Source of the DNA: a virus
IMG/VR virus record: IMGVR_UViG_3300021256_000098
Strand: one strand, 5' to 3'
DNA length: 64,000 bases
In this document: positions 59,914 to 64,000 of the stretch, piece by piece
How the letters are laid out: each line of letters starts with the position of its first letter
Numbering within the stretch: the stretch's first letter is position 1
Notes under the pieces: model-generated
Databases searched by the model: none
Told to the model about the DNA's origin: nothing
What the model saw: only the letters and a program-made list of their open reading frames with translations
Translations under genes and position numbers: made by a program

Positions 59914-60171
59914 ATGGAACGAGAAACAATCATCAATTTTGAAGAAAGCCAAGAGTGGGCTATAATTTACACTCATAACCGCTTACTTTTAAGAACACTG
60001 CAAAAGTTATTAAAAGAATATCCAGAGGATGTATTTTACATTAACAAACACGCAGACGGAGCGCAGACATTCCAAATTCATAAAGAGTGGATTGATATTC
60101 GTCCAGCATCTATATCGCCATTCCAACGGAAAAGAGTAAACGTAAAGGTGAGGAGGAATTTACATGAGTGA
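59914..60171 (+). CDS. hypothetical (85 aa)
   Basis: ORF, ATGA-coupled to the next gene. Confidence 0.4.
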   Translation: MERETIINFEESQEWAIIYTHNRLLLRTLQKLLKEYPEDVFYINKHADGAQTFQIHKEWIDIRPASISPFQRKRVNVKVRRNLHE

Positions 60172-61141
60172 AACTGTACACGGATATAAAGTTTTCAATC
60201 CTGATTGGACTTGCAGGGGATTCCGGTATGAAGTTGGAAAAACTTTTTCTGATCTCAAGAAACCAAAAATCTGCAAATGTGGTTTCCACTTCTGCAAAAA
60301 ACCTGCTGATTGTTTCAAATACTACGATTTTGATCCTGATAACAAGATTGCAGAAGTTGAAGCAACCGGAGAAATTGACACAGATGGAATAAAGACCTGC
60401 ACTAACAGGATCAAAATCTTGCGTGAAGTCAGTTGGGAAGAAGTCCTAAATTTGGTCAATACTGGAAAAAGTTGCACAGGACTCTGCAACAGCGGAAATT
60501 GGAACAGCGGAAATTGGAACAGCGGAAATTGGAACAGCGGAAATTGGAACAGCGGAAGCCGAAACAGCGGAAATTGGAACAGCGGAAGCCGAAACAGCGG
60601 AAGTCGGAACAGCGGAGACTGCAACAGCGGAAATTGGAACAGCGGAAGTCGGAACAGCGGACACTGGAACAGTGGAAACCTGAACAGCGGAAATTGGAAC
60701 AGCGGAAGCCGAAACAGCGGAAGTCGGAACAGCGGAGACTGCAACAGCGGAAATTGGAACAGCGGAAATTGGAACAGCGGAGACTGGAATAATACTTCAT
60801 TTAGTTCAGGTTGTTTCAATACACAAGAAGCAAAAATCCTCATGTTCAACAAACCTTCTGATTGGACTTTCCAAGATTGGCGCAATTCAGATGCAAGACG
60901 GCTTCTTGAACAGATCGAGAAGGATGTGGTTGGATGGATTAACTTTTATGACATGACGGATGAAGAAAAGAAGAATCATCCTGAAGCAGAAACAACAGGT
61001 GGCTATCTGAAGGTTCTGGATGAATCTGAAAATGCACAAATTTGGTGGGATGATCTCACAGAATACAACAGAAATATCATCAAAGCGTTGCCGAATTTTG
61101 ACAAGGAAATCTTTGAACAGATCGTTGGGGTGAAGATATGA
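60164..61141 (+). CDS. Cys-rich protein containing 20 tandem pentapeptide repeats (NSGNW/NSGSR/NSGDC)
   Basis: 325 aa. Internal 15-bp tandem repeats. Confidence 0.55.
   Translation: MSETVHGYKVFNPDWTCRGFRYEVGKTFSDLKKPKICKCGFHFCKKPADCFKYYDFDPDNKIAEVEATGEIDTDGIKTCTNRIKILREVSWEEVLNLVNTGKSCTGLCNSGNWNSGNWNSGNWNSGNWNSGSRNSGNWNSGSRNSGSRNSGDCNSGNWNSGSRNSGHWNSGNLNSGNWNSGSRNSGSRNSGDCNSGNWNSGNWNSGDWNNTSFSSGCFNTQEAKILMFNKPSDWTFQDWRNSDARRLLEQIEKDVVGWINFYDMTDEEKKNHPEAETTGGYLKVLDESENAQIWWDDLTEYNRNIIKALPNFDKEIFEQIVGVKI
60488..60787. repeat. 15-bp tandem repeat x20 (aacagcggaaattgg and variants), in-frame within the CDS
   Basis: Read directly from the sequence. Confidence 0.9.
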
Positions 61142-61326
61142 AACTGTTTGAAATGGTTTTCACTTTTGTAAAAAACAGCCCCTCAATGTGATAAACAACG
61201 ATGGGCTAAGATTTTGGCGTAGGTTTTTGGGAAGATCATTAAATTCTATTATAGCATTAGAGCGGATACTTATATCGAGACAATAATGTAAATAAAATCT
61301 CAATTTTACGCATAAAGGAGTATTTA

Positions 61327-61611
61327 ATGAAATTTATAGATTTCTTCGCCGGAATCGGCGGGTTCCGGAAAGGAATGGAATTAGCAGGTCATGAGTGTGT
61401 AGGGTTTTGTGAATTTGATAAATTTGCTACAGCTAATTATACATCTATGCACCTCATTACAAATGAGCAAAGAAAACATCTTGAGGCATTAAATGTGAAA
61501 CAACGCCAAAAGGAGATATTAAAACATGAATACAGAAACGGTGAATGGTACGCAGATGACATTTGCAGAGTTAGAGCAACTGAGATTTTACTTCATTGTA
61601 TGCTAAAGTAA
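61327..61611 (+). pseudogene. N-terminal fragment of a C5-cytosine DNA methyltransferase (motif I FAGIGGF present, PCQ motif absent)
   Basis: MKFIDFFAGIGGFRKG...ECVGFCEFDK matches Dcm-family motif I. 94 aa with no catalytic motif IV. Confidence 0.45.
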
Positions 61612-61637
61612 ACTAAGGAAAGGCAAGGCACACAAGA

Positions 61638-62201
61638 ATGAATGTAGCTTATGTGAGAGTATCGACTGTCGAGCAGAACGAACAGCGGCAGATTGAAGCA
61701 CTTAAAAAGCACGATATAGACAAGTGGTACATTGAAAAGGTATCTGGGAAAGACACAAACAGACAGGAACTTAAAAAAATGCTAGACTATGTGCGTGAAG
61801 GCGATACAGTATACATACATGATTTTTCGCGGCTTGCTAGAAGCACTAAGGATCTTCTTGATATAGTAGAACAGTTAGATGCTAAAGGCGTGCATTTGGT
61901 CAGTAACAAAGAAAATATCGACAACAGCACGCCAACAGGGAAACTAATGCTAACGATGATCGGTGCTATCACCGAGTTTGAAAGGCAGAATTTGTTGGAA
62001 CGACAGAGAGAAGGAATAGCAATAGCAAAGAGAGAAGGCAAGTTTAAGGGCGGTCAGGCTAAAAAAATAGACGAAAATCAATTTGCTAAGGCTTATGAAA
62101 AATACAATTCGCGGCAGATCACCAAAAAGGCAATGGCAGCGGAACTCAAGATAAGCAGACCGACGCTGGACAAACTTCTGAAAGACAAAGGGCTAAAATA
62201 A
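61638..62201 (+). CDS. small serine recombinase (resolvase/invertase family)
   Basis: YVRVSTVEQ catalytic Ser region, SRLARS, C-terminal HTH. 187 aa. Confidence 0.8.
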   Translation: MNVAYVRVSTVEQNEQRQIEALKKHDIDKWYIEKVSGKDTNRQELKKMLDYVREGDTVYIHDFSRLARSTKDLLDIVEQLDAKGVHLVSNKENIDNSTPTGKLMLTMIGAITEFERQNLLERQREGIAIAKREGKFKGGQAKKIDENQFAKAYEKYNSRQITKKAMAAELKISRPTLDKLLKDKGLK

Positions 62202-62275
62202 AAGCAGGGCAGCTAGTCAGTTATATAAGCAAGCTGGTAATGGGGCAACGGTGTCTGTCGTTGAAATGATCGGAC

Positions 62276-62881
62276 ATGCTCCGAGCGAACGAAACTAAGA
62301 TGAGGGATATCATGGATAAGTTGTTTGGAAGTCAAATTGCGTGTGGAAACACAGCCTACAAACGCGCAAAAAACGATTTTTACCCGACCCCACCGGAAGT
62401 AACACAGTCCCTTATGGATTTTTTAGGTCTTTGTGAGGATACAGTTATTTGGGAACCAGCTTGTGGGGATGGAGATATGGTTCGTACTTTGGAGCAGTAT
62501 GGGCATAAAGTGATTGGTACTGATATAAAGACAGGAACAGATTTTTTAACGGCAGACAAACCACAAAATGTAAGTTTTATTATTACTAACCCACCTTTTT
62601 CTCAGGCAAAAGAATTTATTGAAAAGGGAGCAGAACTTGGGGTTCCATTTGCGTATTTATTAAAATCGCAATTCTGGCACGCAAGAAGTCGTTATGATTT
62701 GTTTCAAAAGATACCACCTGCATACATACTGCCATTAACATGGCGACCCGACTTTCTCTTTAAGGAACGTGACCGCAACCATGGCGCACCATTGATGGAC
62801 GTTATGTGGTGTGTGTGGCTTACTGAAAAGTCCTCTACGATATATTGTCCTCTCACTAAACCCGTGAACACGAACAGATAA
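62276..62881 (+). CDS. orphan DNA methyltransferase (motif I EPACGDG followed by motif IV NPPF; adenine-N6 type)
   Basis: Motif order I then IV. 201 aa. Confidence 0.55.
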   Translation: MLRANETKMRDIMDKLFGSQIACGNTAYKRAKNDFYPTPPEVTQSLMDFLGLCEDTVIWEPACGDGDMVRTLEQYGHKVIGTDIKTGTDFLTADKPQNVSFIITNPPFSQAKEFIEKGAELGVPFAYLLKSQFWHARSRYDLFQKIPPAYILPLTWRPDFLFKERDRNHGAPLMDVMWCVWLTEKSSTIYCPLTKPVNTNR

Positions 62882-62882
62882 C

Positions 62883-63695
62883 GTGTTCCAAAAAAATATA
62901 CAACTATTAGAATCAACCAAAGTAGGTGTTTTATTGTCAGAAATTGAAATGTGGCAAGGGGATTGCTTGCATCTCATGCAACGGATATCAGATAAATCTG
63001 TAGATATGGTGCTTTGTGATCTACCATATGGAACGACCAGAAATAAATGGGATACGCCGATAAATCTTGAACTGTTGTGGACAGAATATAAACGAATTAT
63101 CAAAGACAACGGTGCAATAGTCCTGTTCTGTGACGGGATGTTTACAGCACAGTTAATGGCAAGTAATCCTTCTATGTGGAGATATAACTTGATTTGGGAC
63201 AAACAACGGGGTTGTGATTTTTTGAACGCCAATGTGAAGCCCCTGAAATCACATGAGGATATAGCCGTTTTTTATAAGCGCAAGCCCACATATAACAAAC
63301 AATATTGGTTCTCAAAACCATATAAACGGTCACCAAACGGAAGGCTGTCTGATAACTATGGGGACAGAAAAACAGCATGGTCAGAATCAGTGGATGGGGC
63401 AAGAAACCCGTTAAGCATTTTATCATTTGCAAGGGATTCAGACAGAAAACACCCTACTCAAAAACCTGTGGCATTATTGGAGTATTTAATTAAAACTTAC
63501 ACCAACGAAGGCGAAACCGTTCTGGATAATTGCATGGGATCAGGCAGCACCGGTATTGCTTGTTGGAATACCAATCGGAATTTTATCGGGATTGAATTAG
63601 ACGAAAAATATTTTAAGATTGCGACCGAAAGAATAACGCACCATCGAAGCATGGAACAGGAGGGCGAACGATACAGCACAGGAGATGGAACGTGA
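62883..63695 (+). CDS. beta-class N6-adenine/N4-cytosine DNA methyltransferase (DLPYG ... HPTQKP ... GSGSTG)
   Basis: Motif IV before motif I. The start may be internal (MWQGDCLHL). Confidence 0.7.
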   Translation: MFQKNIQLLESTKVGVLLSEIEMWQGDCLHLMQRISDKSVDMVLCDLPYGTTRNKWDTPINLELLWTEYKRIIKDNGAIVLFCDGMFTAQLMASNPSMWRYNLIWDKQRGCDFLNANVKPLKSHEDIAVFYKRKPTYNKQYWFSKPYKRSPNGRLSDNYGDRKTAWSESVDGARNPLSILSFARDSDRKHPTQKPVALLEYLIKTYTNEGETVLDNCMGSGSTGIACWNTNRNFIGIELDEKYFKIATERITHHRSMEQEGERYSTGDGT

Positions 63696-63833
63696 ACGGC
63701 AGCGGCAACGGGACATGTGGATGGCCTGCGTTGTGATAGATGATCTCATTAAATTTAGCCATTTTTAATGAGATGAATAAATATAACAGAACAATGACAT
63801 TAAATATCTATATTTTTAATGAGGTGAATGATA

Positions 63834-64000
63834 TGACTAACGCTGAAAAATTTATTGAGGTAATGAACAAGACTTTCGACGCTGGGCTGACAATAGATAA
63901 TCTAAATGTTTTTCAAAAACATGCAGTCAACGCTATTCAGGATCAAATGCCTTGCTCACCTTGTGGTTGGTACAAAAAAGGTGCTTGCGAAGGATATACA
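63834..64000 (+). CDS. hypothetical, 5-prime partial (truncated by the window end)
   Basis: RBS gaggtga. The ORF runs to the window edge. Confidence 0.35.

Noticed and set aside
60322-60885. Minus-strand and alternative-frame ORFs (187, 119, 114 and 72 aa) across the 15-bp tandem repeat
   Set aside because: These are repeat-induced open frames. Only the 60164-61141 frame has a start, an RBS-coupled context and non-repetitive flanking domains.

Overview
This window reads as a nearly complete temperate phage of a low-GC (Firmicutes-type) host, about 40% GC, with a plasmid-like maintenance module, so it may be a phage-plasmid. Its modules, from left to right, are as follows. (i) 1-3000: two GC-rich 44-bp tandem-repeat arrays flank a minus-strand hypothetical gene, followed by a 1.3-kb AT-rich region with no ORFs that ends in a near-consensus sigma-A promoter. 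(ii) 3000-9800, an early region: an SF2 helicase, a Panacea/DUF4065 antitoxin-like gene with a small overlapping Cys-rich ORF, small hypothetical genes, and an SPFH/band-7 protein flanked by two micro-ORFs. (iii) 9900-14900: an 818-aa protein carrying a DFDGD motif (candidate YonO-like single-subunit RNA polymerase), an HU/IHF-like protein and a tyrosine integrase. (iv) 14950-27300, packaging and head: a zinc-ribbon protein, terminase large subunit, portal, scaffold/protease-like protein, decoration-like protein and major capsid protein (the last two with codon usage typical of highly expressed genes), head-tail proteins and a major tail protein. (v) 27300-50000, tail: a tape-measure gene split by a ~1.1-kb insert that carries an antisense zinc-ribbon membrane protein gene; Dit-like and Tal-like proteins; an IS200/IS605 element (tnpA + tnpB) inserted in the tail module; and two large fibre proteins built from repeated modules. 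A ~150-aa carbohydrate-binding-like module occurs three times, with nucleotide-level repeats. (vi) 50000-55000, lysis: a holin, a GC-rich LRR (BspA-like) moron followed by a 27-T homopolymer, a protein with two CBM5/12-like domains, and a papain-like endolysin with SLH motifs. (vii) 55000-59400: a Rep_3 plasmid initiator with 7 iterons and an RHH-ParA-ParB partition cassette. (viii) 59400-64000: a DNA methyltransferase cluster (two apparently intact orphan MTases, one truncated C5-MTase fragment, one internally deleted remnant), a small serine recombinase, and a protein containing a 20-unit 15-bp tandem repeat. A 23-bp imperfect palindrome (consensus cTTCTGCGACATTATCACAGAAG) recurs 6 times: in the leaders of lysis-region genes, as a triple cluster next to rep, and downstream of parB.
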